Shown: piece by piece, positions 1 to 8,458 of the stretch
How positions within the stretch are numbered: position 1 is the stretch's first letter
Layout: each line of letters begins with the position of its first letter
Source of the DNA: an uncultured Bacilli bacterium
GTDB lineage: Bacteria > Bacillota_I > Bacilli_A > RF39 > UBA660
Reading direction: 5' to 3'
Assembly (NCBI GenBank): GCA_947624565.1
Contig: CANQKX010000001.1
Coordinates: 44,587 to 108,586 of the forward strand
Length of the DNA stretch: 64,000 bases
Made by a program: the position numbers and the translations under genes
The notes under the pieces: generated by a model
What the model was told of the DNA's origin: nothing
Database searches by the model: none
The model's input: the letters and a program-made list of their open reading frames with translations, nothing else

Positions 1-148
1 GATTTCTTCCTATTATTTTTGTTAACACTGTTGCTTCAATTTCATCTGAATTTTCAAAGTACTTATCTAATTTACTTAATTTGCTTTCAATATATTGCTT
101 TATTGAATCTGTGTTTTCTCCCTTCTGACTTCTTATAATATATTTCAA
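1..148 (-). CDS. hpf: ribosome hibernation promoting factor (HPF/YvyD family), N-terminal part; gene runs off the left edge
   Basis: Minus-strand translation from a TTG at 148 (RBS AAAGGAG 8 nt upstream) gives LKYIIRSQKGENTDSIKQYIESKLSKLDKYF..., which matches the HPF N-terminus (MNYNIRGENIEVTPALKDYVEKK...). Not in the ORF track because it is partial. Confidence 0.5.
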   Translation of the reverse strand, partial: MKYIIRSQKGENTDSIKQYIESKLSKLDKYFENSDEIEATVLTKIIGRN

Positions 149-194
149 ACTATCATCTCCTTTTAAATATTATATCAAAAAAACTAAAAAACTA

Positions 195-422
195 CTATAA
201 AATAGCAGTTAAATCTTTTTCATTTACAGTTTTTACATCTGTTGCTTGTAGTCCTTTGTCAGTTTTAATTAAGTTAAATTCAACAGTTTGTCCCTCTGAT
301 AAGGTTCTATAACCATCCTGTTTTATGGCAGTATAATGAACAAATATATCTTCATCTACTGAACCATTTATAAATCCATATCCTTTCTCATTGTTAAACC
401 ACTTTATTATTCCTTTTGACAT
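195..422 (-). CDS. csp: cold-shock protein (CspA family, S1-like cold-shock domain)
   Basis: MSKGIIKWFNNEKGYGFI ... typical Csp RNP motifs. A long AT-rich 5'UTR lies upstream, and a TTTACA-N18-TAAAAT promoter is visible on the minus strand. Confidence 0.9.
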   Translation of the reverse strand: MSKGIIKWFNNEKGYGFINGSVDEDIFVHYTAIKQDGYRTLSEGQTVEFNLIKTDKGLQATDVKTVNEKDLTAIL

Positions 423-730
423 CTTTTATTCCTCCTTCTTATGTCCTATATTTATAATACATCTTAAACATTGCTGTATTCAAGAAAAATAAACCCCAAA
501 AATTCGACATATTTTATAAAAATAAAATAAGATTTGTAAATGTAATTATATCATTTTTTTTATGTTTTATATAAAAGTTTATATTTTTTGAAAAAAATTC
601 TAATTTTTTTGCGTTTTTTTATTAAAATACTTCAAAATATACGATTTTTTTTATATTTTTTTTGTTTTTTTCACTAAAAATTCTTTTTAAATAAAAAAAT
701 GATATTATGTTTTTGTAATGAGGAGATTAT

Positions 731-1336
731 ATGAAGAAAAAATTTATTAATTTTTGTTTATCAATTATAACTGATTATAATGATAATTTATCACAAAAAG
801 AAATAGATAAAATGAAATATGGTTTAGAAGGTTTATATCTAACAATAACAAAATTAATTATAATTATCCTTATTTCATTAATTCTTGGAATATTTAAAGA
901 AGTTTTTTTATTGATATTAATTTTTAATGGTATTAGGTTAACTGCCTTTGGAGTTCATGCTAAAAGAAGTATAGATTGCCTTGTATCCTCTTGTTTATTT
1001 TTTATAATATTCCCAATATTATGTATTAAACTTACTATACCAATAATCATAAAACAAATTTTATTTATTCCATTGGTTTTATTAATTGGGATACTTGCTC
1101 CATCTGATACCGAAAAAAGACCATTAAAGAAGAAAAAGAAAAGATTAATATTTAAGTTTTTGTCAATTTTAATAGCCGTAATATATATGTCATTATCTTT
1201 AATAATAAAAGATAATACGATTAGTAATTGTTTTGTGTTTGCTATAATAATTCAAATTATTATAATGCTTCCTATAACATATAAAATATTTGGAGTATCA
1301 TACAACAATTACAAAAAATATGAGGTTAATGTTTAA
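731..1336 (+). CDS. agrB: AgrB-family membrane endopeptidase (AgrD propeptide processing/export)
   Basis: Multi-TM 201-aa protein. The conserved catalytic His...Cys pair is in the motif LTAFGVHAKRSIDC (cf. S. aureus AgrB RRHAHGAHAPSSFWC). A basic loop APSDTEKRPLKKKKKR matches AgrB APAATKKKPIPVRLIKRKK. RBS GAGGAG. Confidence 0.85.
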   Translation: MKKKFINFCLSIITDYNDNLSQKEIDKMKYGLEGLYLTITKLIIIILISLILGIFKEVFLLILIFNGIRLTAFGVHAKRSIDCLVSSCLFFIIFPILCIKLTIPIIIKQILFIPLVLLIGILAPSDTEKRPLKKKKKRLIFKFLSILIAVIYMSLSLIIKDNTISNCFVFAIIIQIIIMLPITYKIFGVSYNNYKKYEVNV

Positions 1337-1360
1337 CCATAGATAAAGGAGGTTGTTTAT

Positions 1361-1480
1361 ATGAAAAAAGTTCTTGCTACTATATTAACAGCTGTTGCTG
1401 CTGTTATTGGAACTGCTGCTACAAGCGCTTGTATTGTTGTTTTATTTGATGAACCAGAAATGCCTGATTCATTAAAATAA
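1361..1480 (+). CDS. agrD: AgrD-like autoinducing peptide precursor (39 aa), missing from the ORF track
   Basis: ATG at 1361 preceded by AAAGGAGG (1346-1353), 24 nt after the agrB stop. MKKVLATILTAVAAVIGTAATSACIVVLFDEPEMPDSLK has a hydrophobic N-terminal leader, a single central Cys (thiolactone candidate) and an acidic C-terminal recognition tail DEPEMP (cf. staphylococcal DEVEVPKEL). Confidence 0.75.
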   Translation: MKKVLATILTAVAAVIGTAATSACIVVLFDEPEMPDSLK

Positions 1481-1500
1481 TTACTTCTTTATTACTACTA

Positions 1501-1535
1501 AAAAATAAGATTAACCAACAATTAATCTTATTTTT
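1501..1535. terminator. bidirectional intrinsic terminator between the convergent agrBD and agrAC units
   Basis: Perfect 14-bp inverted repeat AAAAATAAGATTAA / TTAATCTTATTTTT with a 7-nt loop CCAACAA. U-runs follow on both strands. The stem overlaps the agrC stop codon (1534-1536). Confidence 0.6.
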
Positions 1536-2835
1536 ATTTATAATATATTATTATAGTTTGTTTAAATTTATCATCAATAACATCACTAAATGTATCTATA
1601 TCTTTATTATTCTTCTTTATATCTTTAACTATTGATAATCCAAAACCATGACCTACTCCTTTAGTTGAAAAACCTTTCTTACCAACTTGCGTTACATCAA
1701 CTGAATTATCAAAAGTATTTGTTATAGTAATTATTACACTATTATCTTTTGTCTTTATATCTAACTCTATTTCTTTTAAATCTGCATCTTTTGAAGCATC
1801 TATTGCATTATCTATAAAAACTCCAAGTAATTTTGTTACATCCCTATATGTATTTATATCAAGTTTTGATTCAAATATATTTTTTGTATTATTATCAATA
1901 TAAATATAATGCTTTATTTTATTATCTTCCATTTTACTTAATTTATGATAAATTAAACCTTTTATACCTCCATCAGGAAGAGCACTTAATTGTTTAACAT
2001 CATAATTTTGTCCACCGCGTTGTTCTTGAATTATTAAATCTAAATATTCTTTTAATTTATCTGGCTTTTTAATATACCCTTTTAAAACCATTAATTGATT
2101 ATTAAATTCATGATTTTTCTTACCTTGTTCGTTAATTATTTTTTCATATTTAGATACATATTCCATCATTTCATTATACTTATCTTCTAATTTAAATTTT
2201 TGAAAATTATTGTATACAACATATATCAATGTTACAAATACAAATATTACCATACCTACATTTATATAATAAGATAAACTATTTCCTAAATTATATCTAT
2301 TAAAAGTCATTAAAAATATCATTAATACTACTATTATGGTTATATAAATCCATTCTTTATTATTTTTTACTATTAATTTTTCAAATTTTCTTACTGATTT
2401 ACACAAAAATTTGAATTTTGATATTAAAATTATTGCAATTGAATTAAATAGTGAAGAAAATAATACAGAAAATTCGTGATTTGCATATGTATTTAAATCT
2501 AGTTTTAATATAAACAAAACTATCAAGGATAAGACCAATTCAAAAATAAATGCAAATATTTCATAAACTACAGCATAATACACACACTTTGATATATTTT
2601 TATTAAATAAAGTAAAATATAATGCTAAAATCATCATTACAATATTAAAAGATAATCTTGTAACTCCTTCAAAAAAAGTATAAATTAATACAAAAGATGG
2701 AAATAATATTAATACAAATTTTATAAATTTTTTTATATCTTTTTTTTCATTTGAAAAATTTGATATGGATATAATTATAACTATTGATGAAATTATAGAA
2801 CTTAATACAATATTTATTAAATTTATCCAATTCAT
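1534..2835 (-). CDS. agrC: AgrC-like sensor histidine kinase (HPK10 family; multi-TM sensor plus GHKL ATPase)
   Basis: N-terminal ~6-7 TM helices. H-box KNHEFNNQL, N-box GVFIDNAIDAS, G-boxes GVGHGFGLSIV. A 4-nt overlap with the upstream response regulator. Confidence 0.8.
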   Translation of the reverse strand: MNWINLINIVLSSIISSIVIIISISNFSNEKKDIKKFIKFVLILFPSFVLIYTFFEGVTRLSFNIVMMILALYFTLFNKNISKCVYYAVVYEIFAFIFELVLSLIVLFILKLDLNTYANHEFSVLFSSLFNSIAIILISKFKFLCKSVRKFEKLIVKNNKEWIYITIIVVLMIFLMTFNRYNLGNSLSYYINVGMVIFVFVTLIYVVYNNFQKFKLEDKYNEMMEYVSKYEKIINEQGKKNHEFNNQLMVLKGYIKKPDKLKEYLDLIIQEQRGGQNYDVKQLSALPDGGIKGLIYHKLSKMEDNKIKHYIYIDNNTKNIFESKLDINTYRDVTKLLGVFIDNAIDASKDADLKEIELDIKTKDNSVIITITNTFDNSVDVTQVGKKGFSTKGVGHGFGLSIVKDIKKNNKDIDTFSDVIDDKFKQTIIIYYK

Positions 2836-3488
2836 TTATTCACACTCCTTTCTTTTTTTGATTGTTTGACTAAAAACTTTTTATTTTGTTTATTAATATA
2901 ATACATATCATTTTTTTTATAAAATCTATAGTCTAAATTTTTTATTAGAAGTTTAAATGGTGTATATGTTTTATAATAATTATCTTTTGTTTTCACAACA
3001 GTATATTTTTTTATATGATCATGTTTAATAAAATATATGTCTTTAAGGGGTATCTTTAAATTTTTGTTATTAATTTGTATTTTTATATATTTATTAATAT
3101 TTAATGATTCAATTCCTTTAATAATTATTTTTGATAAATTTGATTCATAATCTTCAAATTTCGATACATAATCAAATATCATTAATTTTGATTTTAATGT
3201 ATATGGCAGATATTCAGTATGAGTTGTAGATATTATAATTAAACTATTTAAATCTATATCTCTAATATTTCTAGCTATATCAATACCAGATATATCTTCT
3301 AGTTCTATATCTAAAATGTAAATCTTATTTTCTATGTTGCTTAGTATTATTTTATTTAGTTCTTCTGAATAGTTTGAAAAAGGATATATTCTATAATCAA
3401 TATTATTTTCAAACATTGTTTTATTTATTATATCTATATTTTTTTGTAATATTATTTTATTATCTTCACACACAATAAAATTTACCAT
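2832..3488 (-). CDS. agrA: AgrA-like response regulator (REC + LytTR DNA-binding domain)
   Basis: Receiver domain with the Asp in YILDIELEDISGIDIARNI. C-terminal LytTR-type domain (IKIQINNKNLKIPLKDIYFIKHDHIKKYTVVKTKDNYYKTY). RBS AGGAG. Stop overlaps the agrC start (ATGA). Confidence 0.8.
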   Translation of the reverse strand: MVNFIVCEDNKIILQKNIDIINKTMFENNIDYRIYPFSNYSEELNKIILSNIENKIYILDIELEDISGIDIARNIRDIDLNSLIIISTTHTEYLPYTLKSKLMIFDYVSKFEDYESNLSKIIIKGIESLNINKYIKIQINNKNLKIPLKDIYFIKHDHIKKYTVVKTKDNYYKTYTPFKLLIKNLDYRFYKKNDMYYINKQNKKFLVKQSKKERSVNK

Positions 3489-3513
3489 TTAAACACTCCT
3501 ATTTTTTTAGTCA

Positions 3514-3562
3514 ACAAACTGATTATAACACAAAAATTCCAATTTTTTACAATTTTTGACAT
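3514..3562 (-). promoter_or_regulatory. putative sigma-A promoter for agrA-agrC with an extended -10 (TGTGTTATAAT)
   Basis: Minus-strand reading: ...TTGTAAAAAATTGGAATTTTTGTGTTATAATCAG... The TATAAT is the reverse complement of 3522..3527, with a TG at -14/-15. A 5'UTR of about 25 nt carrying AGGAG follows. Confidence 0.4.
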
Positions 3563-3584
3563 ATTATACGAAAAAAAAGAAAAA

Positions 3585-4655
3585 TTACTTTTTCTTTTTT
3601 ACTTTTTTCTTTATATCATCTTTTATTGTTTTTCTATCAAATAATATATCTGTTGTTAATACAATCCATAAAACTAATATAAATAAAATTATATATATTA
3701 TCTGACCTAACTTAGCATTTTTTAATACATAAACTATAGATGCAAAAGAGAATAATATATTAATAACATATATTATTAATACTGTTTTAACTTGACTTGA
3801 TGTCATTTGTAATAATTGATGATGTAGATGTTTTTTATCACCTTTAGTTGGAGATTCTCCTTTTATTAATCGTCTTGTTATTGCGAAAAATGTATCTAAT
3901 ATTGGTATTGCTAATATTAATATTGGAACAATAAAAGATGTTATTGTTACATTTTTAAATCCTAATAGAGATATAACAGATATCATATATCCTAAAAACA
4001 TAGATCCACTATTACCTAAAAATATTTTTGCGGGATAAAAATTATGAACTAAAAATCCTAATGTTGCACCTATCATTATTAATGATAATGAAGCATCAAG
4101 TCCATTATATATTCCAGTATAATTTATTATAATTGATATTGTTACAAAAAATATTGTAGCAATTCCTCCTGCTAAACCATCAAGTCCGTCTATGAAGTTT
4201 AAACAATTCATTAAGGCAACTATAAATATAATTGTAAGAATTGGGGCAAATACTCCAAAATTTAAATATAAACCATATGCAGATACATCTTGCATCACTA
4301 TATTTCCATAGAATACTACTACACAAGCAGACGCAATTTGTCCAACAAATTGTACTGATGGAGGCAATCTTTTTATATCATCAAATATTCCAAATACTAA
4401 TATAATTATTCCTCCTATTAATATTGATATCATTTGAGGAGTTTGATTACAAAATAGCATATATCCTAATAGGAAGCCAAAAAATATAGCTAATCCACCT
4501 AATTTTGGCATTATTCTATTATGTATATGTCTTCCTCCTGGCAAATCTACTGCATTTATATATACTGCAAGTTTTTTTATAAAAGGTATTATGCACGCTA
4601 CAAAAGCAAACACAATAAATATAACCTTTAAGTTGTTTAATAAATTATTACTCAT
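3585..4655 (-). CDS. tagO: UDP-GlcNAc:undecaprenyl-phosphate GlcNAc-1-phosphate transferase (WecA/TagO; MraY-like GT4 family)
   Basis: Polytopic membrane protein with the MraY/WecA signature NCLNFIDGLDGLAGG, a DD motif (GIFDDI) and a C-terminal basic tail. Confidence 0.8.
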   Translation of the reverse strand: MSNNLLNNLKVIFIVFAFVACIIPFIKKLAVYINAVDLPGGRHIHNRIMPKLGGLAIFFGFLLGYMLFCNQTPQMISILIGGIIILVFGIFDDIKRLPPSVQFVGQIASACVVVFYGNIVMQDVSAYGLYLNFGVFAPILTIIFIVALMNCLNFIDGLDGLAGGIATIFFVTISIIINYTGIYNGLDASLSLIMIGATLGFLVHNFYPAKIFLGNSGSMFLGYMISVISLLGFKNVTITSFIVPILILAIPILDTFFAITRRLIKGESPTKGDKKHLHHQLLQMTSSQVKTVLIIYVINILFSFASIVYVLKNAKLGQIIYIILFILVLWIVLTTDILFDRKTIKDDIKKKVKKKK

Positions 4656-4727
4656 ATAATCACAACTCCATATTACTATTTATAAATTAATTATAACATA
4701 ACATAGTAAAAAAAATAAGTGTTTAAC

Positions 4728-5717
4728 TTATTTTTCAAGTAATTTTATATTATCAAGCATTACTGCTGTACCTTCTGCTACACAGGTAAGGGGTGATTCT
4801 GCAATTGATATTGGAACTTTTAATTCTTGTTTTAATAGTTCACTTATGCCCGATAAAAGTGCTCCTCCACCGGTAACTACTATACCATTATTTACTATAT
4901 CTGCTGATAACTCTGGCATTGTTTCTTCTAATACTGACTTTGCAGCTGTAACAATTTTATGTGCTGAGTCTTTTAATGCCTCTTCTACTTCTTTAGAAGA
5001 TATACTAATCGAATTTGGCAAACCTGTTACTAAATCTCTTCCTCTTATTGTCATCTTTTCTTTTTTAGCATCTGGATAGACAGTTCCAACTTTTATTTTT
5101 ACATCCTCTGCAGTTTTCTCTCCTATTAATAATTTATATTTATTTTTAACATATTTTATTATTTCTTGATCAAATAAATCTCCTGCAACCCTAATAGATT
5201 TACTTGTTACAATATCACCTAAAGATAATATTGCAATATCTGTAGTCCCCCCACCTATATCAATTACCATTGATGCAGATGGTTTTGATATATCTAATCC
5301 TGCACCTATTGCTGCTACTTTTGGTTCTTCTTCTACATAAACTTTTCTAGCGCCTGCTGATTCTGCTGCTTCCCTAATAGCATTTCTTTCAACCTGTGTA
5401 ATATTTGATGGACAGCATATTAATATTCTTGGTTTTGAAAAAATTCCTTTTGCCTTTATCTTTTTTATAAAATTATTTAACATTGCTTGTGTAAGTTCAA
5501 AATCAGCGATTACTCCATCTTTTAATGGTCTAATAGAACTTACTTTACCTGGCGTTCTACCTAACATTTGATGTGCTTCTTCTCCAACTGCTAATACTTC
5601 TTTAGTTTCTGAATTTATTGCTACTACACTTGGTTCATTAAGAACAATACCTTGCCCTTTTACATATATTAAGACATTTGCTGTTCCTAAATCTATTCCA
5701 ATATCTTTACTTAACAA
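4728..5717 (-). CDS. mbl: rod-shape-determining actin homologue MreB/Mbl
   Basis: DIGIDLGTANVLIYVKGQGIVLNEPSVVA ... DIGGGTTDIAILS. Canonical MreB phosphate/adenosine motifs. Adjacent to spoIIID, as mbl is in Bacillus. Confidence 0.9.
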   Translation of the reverse strand: MLSKDIGIDLGTANVLIYVKGQGIVLNEPSVVAINSETKEVLAVGEEAHQMLGRTPGKVSSIRPLKDGVIADFELTQAMLNNFIKKIKAKGIFSKPRILICCPSNITQVERNAIREAAESAGARKVYVEEEPKVAAIGAGLDISKPSASMVIDIGGGTTDIAILSLGDIVTSKSIRVAGDLFDQEIIKYVKNKYKLLIGEKTAEDVKIKVGTVYPDAKKEKMTIRGRDLVTGLPNSISISSKEVEEALKDSAHKIVTAAKSVLEETMPELSADIVNNGIVVTGGGALLSGISELLKQELKVPISIAESPLTCVAEGTAVMLDNIKLLEK

Positions 5718-5721
5718 GATA

Positions 5722-5985
5722 TCATCCCTTTCTTAATTTTTCGTATTTTATTTTTGTTGCATTTCCTCCATTTATATGTCTTGTTTCAATATGTTTTTTT
5801 AAAATTTTATCTACTTTATTATATTTTTGTTCATCTATATAAAATAATCTTTCGTGTAAATCTTTATGCACTGTACTTTTACTTACTTTCATAATCTTAG
5901 CGATTTCTCTAATTGTCATGTTTTTATCTAATATATAATTAATCTCTTCTTGTATTCTTTTATATATTTTATTATTCACAATCAA
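5722..5985 (-). CDS. spoIIID: stage III sporulation protein D (HTH transcriptional regulator SpoIIID)
   Basis: IREIAKIMKVSKSTVHKDLHERL...HIETRHINGGNATKIKY matches SpoIIID (VIAKEFGVSKSTVHKDLTERL...HLRGGEATKLKY). Confidence 0.85.
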   Translation of the reverse strand: MIVNNKIYKRIQEEINYILDKNMTIREIAKIMKVSKSTVHKDLHERLFYIDEQKYNKVDKILKKHIETRHINGGNATKIKYEKLRKG

Positions 5986-6033
5986 ACACCTCTATAATAA
6001 AATATATAATTTTATAATTATTTTATGATTATT

Positions 6034-6669
6034 TTATATTTCACTTATCTTTTTATCAAAATAATTTACTGGATTTACATATTTACCATCTTTTATAAGT
6101 TCAAATAATAAAGAATTTTCTGATGTTTCCCCAAGTTCAAGTTTACCACTTTTACCAATTATATCTCCTTGATTCAATAATTGTCCTTTTTGAACATCTA
6201 CTGTTGATAATCCTTCGTATGTACTTATTAAATTATTTGAATGCTTTACTTCTACAACGTTTCCTAGTAATTCATCCTTTTTTACATCCAACACTGTACC
6301 ATCTAATATTGAAATTATATCAAAACTCTCATCTGATTTATAAAGTACACCTGAATTTTGCATATAAGTATTATTATAATAAATAATTGCTTTTTGTTTT
6401 TCTTCATCTGTTGAATTTGAATCATAGAATCCTTTTGATATTTGTACTTTTTCAGAAGAATATGGTTTTAATATTGTTACCTCTTCTGCGACTACTGGAA
6501 TGTTACTTGTAATTATACTGTTATTAACATATGTATAATTATTATTATCATCACTTGATACTTTTTTATTTTGTAAATTATCAAGCATAACAAGTGACAT
6601 TAATAAAGCTGCGAATGCTACACCATAAATAGCTGGCATTACAAATGGTTTTAATTTCTTTTTTTCCAT
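6034..6669 (-). CDS. spoIIQ: M23/LytM-domain membrane protein, SpoIIQ-like (likely degenerate, non-catalytic)
   Basis: N-terminal TM. C-terminal LytM fold (GNVVEVKHSNNLISTYEGLS...GDIIGKSGK...LLFELIKDGKYVNP). The second His of the HxH motif is replaced (LLFEL instead of LHFE). Lies between spoIID and spoIIID as in Clostridia. Confidence 0.5.
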   Translation of the reverse strand: MEKKKLKPFVMPAIYGVAFAALLMSLVMLDNLQNKKVSSDDNNNYTYVNNSIITSNIPVVAEEVTILKPYSSEKVQISKGFYDSNSTDEEKQKAIIYYNNTYMQNSGVLYKSDESFDIISILDGTVLDVKKDELLGNVVEVKHSNNLISTYEGLSTVDVQKGQLLNQGDIIGKSGKLELGETSENSLLFELIKDGKYVNPVNYFDKKISEI

Positions 6670-6723
6670 ATTTTTTCACCTCATTTTAAGTTTGGTGAAA
6701 AATTTAAATTTTATACATATTTT

Positions 6724-7659
6724 TTATAATTTTTGTATTTCTGTTCCTTGATAATAATATTTAAGTATATCTTTATAATTTTTATTTTGTTTAGCGAGTG
6801 CATTCGCACCATATTGACTAAGTCCTACCCCATGTCCAAAACCTTTTGTTGTTATTTTTACTGTATTATTTTCTTTTTTTATTGTAAAATCATTTGATCT
6901 TAGTGAAAGTTTATTTTGAAAATTTCTACCTGTAAATTCCACTTGATTTATTTTTATACTTGATACTCTCCCAGATTCAGTTCTTTTTTCATCTGTTATA
7001 TTTAAATTATCATTATATTCTATTCCTAATTTTGAGTAAAAATCTGATAAATTAAAAGTTTTTTCACTATAAAAATTATTAGTTTCATTTTCATCAAAAC
7101 TACTATCTACTACTTTTAAGTAAGGTAAGTCTTGTCCAAATACATTTTTATTATCTTCTGTTTTACCGTTACTTGTAGAAAAGAAAAATGCATATATTAT
7201 TTTATTATCATATGTAACATATTCACCTTTTGTTTCATTAACACATTTTTTTATTTTGTTAATATATTTATCATAATTATCTTTCCATTTTTCTTTTAAT
7301 TCTTCATCTGTTTGATAAACTTGAGTTTGTGTATCATCAGTTACATCATATGGTAAATCTTTTTTATTTTCAATTTGCTTTAATGCATAAGTTCTTGCAG
7401 CGACTGCCTGTGCTTTTATTGCTTCTTCTTCAAAACTTGCAGGTACTTCTGAAGATACTACTCCAATTAAATAATCTTCTAAATTTAAAACTTCTATATT
7501 ATTATCTTTTAATACTCTTATAGTTTGTTCAGTTTTATTTGAATTAAAACCAGATATATATTTTTTTACATCATATTCATAAAAAAAATTAGTAATTATA
7601 AGAGGTACTATAATAATACTCACTAATACTACTAATATTTTCTTCATAGTCTTCACCAA
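6724..7659 (-). CDS. spoIID: stage II sporulation protein D (SpoIID/LytB-domain lytic transglycosylase)
   Basis: Signal anchor followed by a SpoIID domain with EEEAIKAQAVAARTYAL and GFGHGVGLSQYGANALA motifs. Confidence 0.85.
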   Translation of the reverse strand: MVKTMKKILVVLVSIIIVPLIITNFFYEYDVKKYISGFNSNKTEQTIRVLKDNNIEVLNLEDYLIGVVSSEVPASFEEEAIKAQAVAARTYALKQIENKKDLPYDVTDDTQTQVYQTDEELKEKWKDNYDKYINKIKKCVNETKGEYVTYDNKIIYAFFFSTSNGKTEDNKNVFGQDLPYLKVVDSSFDENETNNFYSEKTFNLSDFYSKLGIEYNDNLNITDEKRTESGRVSSIKINQVEFTGRNFQNKLSLRSNDFTIKKENNTVKITTKGFGHGVGLSQYGANALAKQNKNYKDILKYYYQGTEIQKL

Positions 7660-7670
7660 TAAATTATATG

Positions 7671-8108
7671 CTAGTTTTTTAATTCATATTCACTAATTTT
7701 ATTATTTCTTCTAACATGTCTATCTAAATTAGAAAATGGTGTATTTATAAATTCTTCAATCATTCTTTTTACTTTTTTCAAATTTATTTCACTACTAAAT
7801 GAAATTATATTTGCGTTATTATCATTTCTTGTTATAATTACATCTTTAATAGAATTTACTCTTGCACATCTTATTCCTTTAACTTTATTACATGCGATGC
7901 TCATTCCTATTCCACTTCCACATATTGCAATTCCAAAATCTACTTTCTTATTATTTATTGCTTTCCCTAACTTAAATGCATAATCTGGATAATCTACACT
8001 TTCTTTTGAATTAGTTCCATAATCTATAAATTCTATATTTTTCATTTCTTTTATTATTTTGCTTTTTAAATCATAACCTCTATGATCTGATATTATACCT
8101 ATTTTCAT
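7671..8108 (-). CDS. rpiB: ribose-5-phosphate isomerase B (RpiB/LacAB family)
   Basis: MKIGIISDHRGYDLK...CGSGIGMSIACNKVKGIRCA; typical RpiB active-site region. Confidence 0.8.
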   Translation of the reverse strand: MKIGIISDHRGYDLKSKIIKEMKNIEFIDYGTNSKESVDYPDYAFKLGKAINNKKVDFGIAICGSGIGMSIACNKVKGIRCARVNSIKDVIITRNDNNANIISFSSEINLKKVKRMIEEFINTPFSNLDRHVRRNNKISEYELKN

Positions 8109-8172
8109 AATACATTCTCCATTCTAATTATAGTATACCATAAAAAGTAAAAAAATTAGGTATCTTACCTAA

Positions 8173-8388
8173 TTATTTATTTTCTTTTGTCTTAAATCCA
8201 TATTTAGCATTAAATTTTTCTACATTTCCTGCTTTTGAAGTTCTACTTTGTTTTCCTGTATAAAATGGATGACATTTTGAACATACTTCTACAGAGATTT
8301 TTTCTTTTGTAGATTTTGTTGTAAATGTTTCGCCACATGCACATGTTACAGTCGCATCAACATATTGTACATTTCCTTGTTTTGCCAT
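8173..8388 (-). CDS. rpmE: 50S ribosomal protein L31 (type A, Zn-ribbon CxxC...CxxC)
   Basis: [22 protein letters not shown]...[12 protein letters not shown]. The internal ATG at 8388 has the RBS GGAAGGAG, whereas the track's start at 8409 would place the ATG inside that RBS. Confidence 0.85.
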   Translation of the reverse strand: MAKQGNVQYVDATVTCACGETFTTKSTKEKISVEVCSKCHPFYTGKQSRTSKAGNVEKFNAKYGFKTKENK

Positions 8389-8458
8389 TTTTATTTCTCC
8401 TTCCGCCATAACTAATTTTTAGTTATAGAATTACTAAAATCTTCTATATTATATCAAG

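Noticed and set aside
4846-5079. Antisense ORFs inside conserved genes (e.g. 4846-5079, 6123-6386, 9871-10173, 14793-15437, 29791-30453, 42920-43288)
   Set aside because: They lie opposite well-supported housekeeping CDSs, have low-complexity or hydrophobic translations typical of AT-rich antisense frames, and have no RBS or homology. Treated as spurious.
8388-8409. Longer N-terminal extensions offered by the ORF track for rpmE, gpsA, mnmE, the MBOAT gene, noc, tadA, bofA, holB, ricT, mfd, dut, yabG, spoVG and yabP
   Set aside because: In each case an internal ATG is preceded by a good Shine-Dalgarno sequence at 5-9 nt and matches the conserved family N-terminus. The extended versions overlap neighbouring genes or RNAs (e.g. 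tadA over the SRP RNA) or place the ATG inside the RBS.
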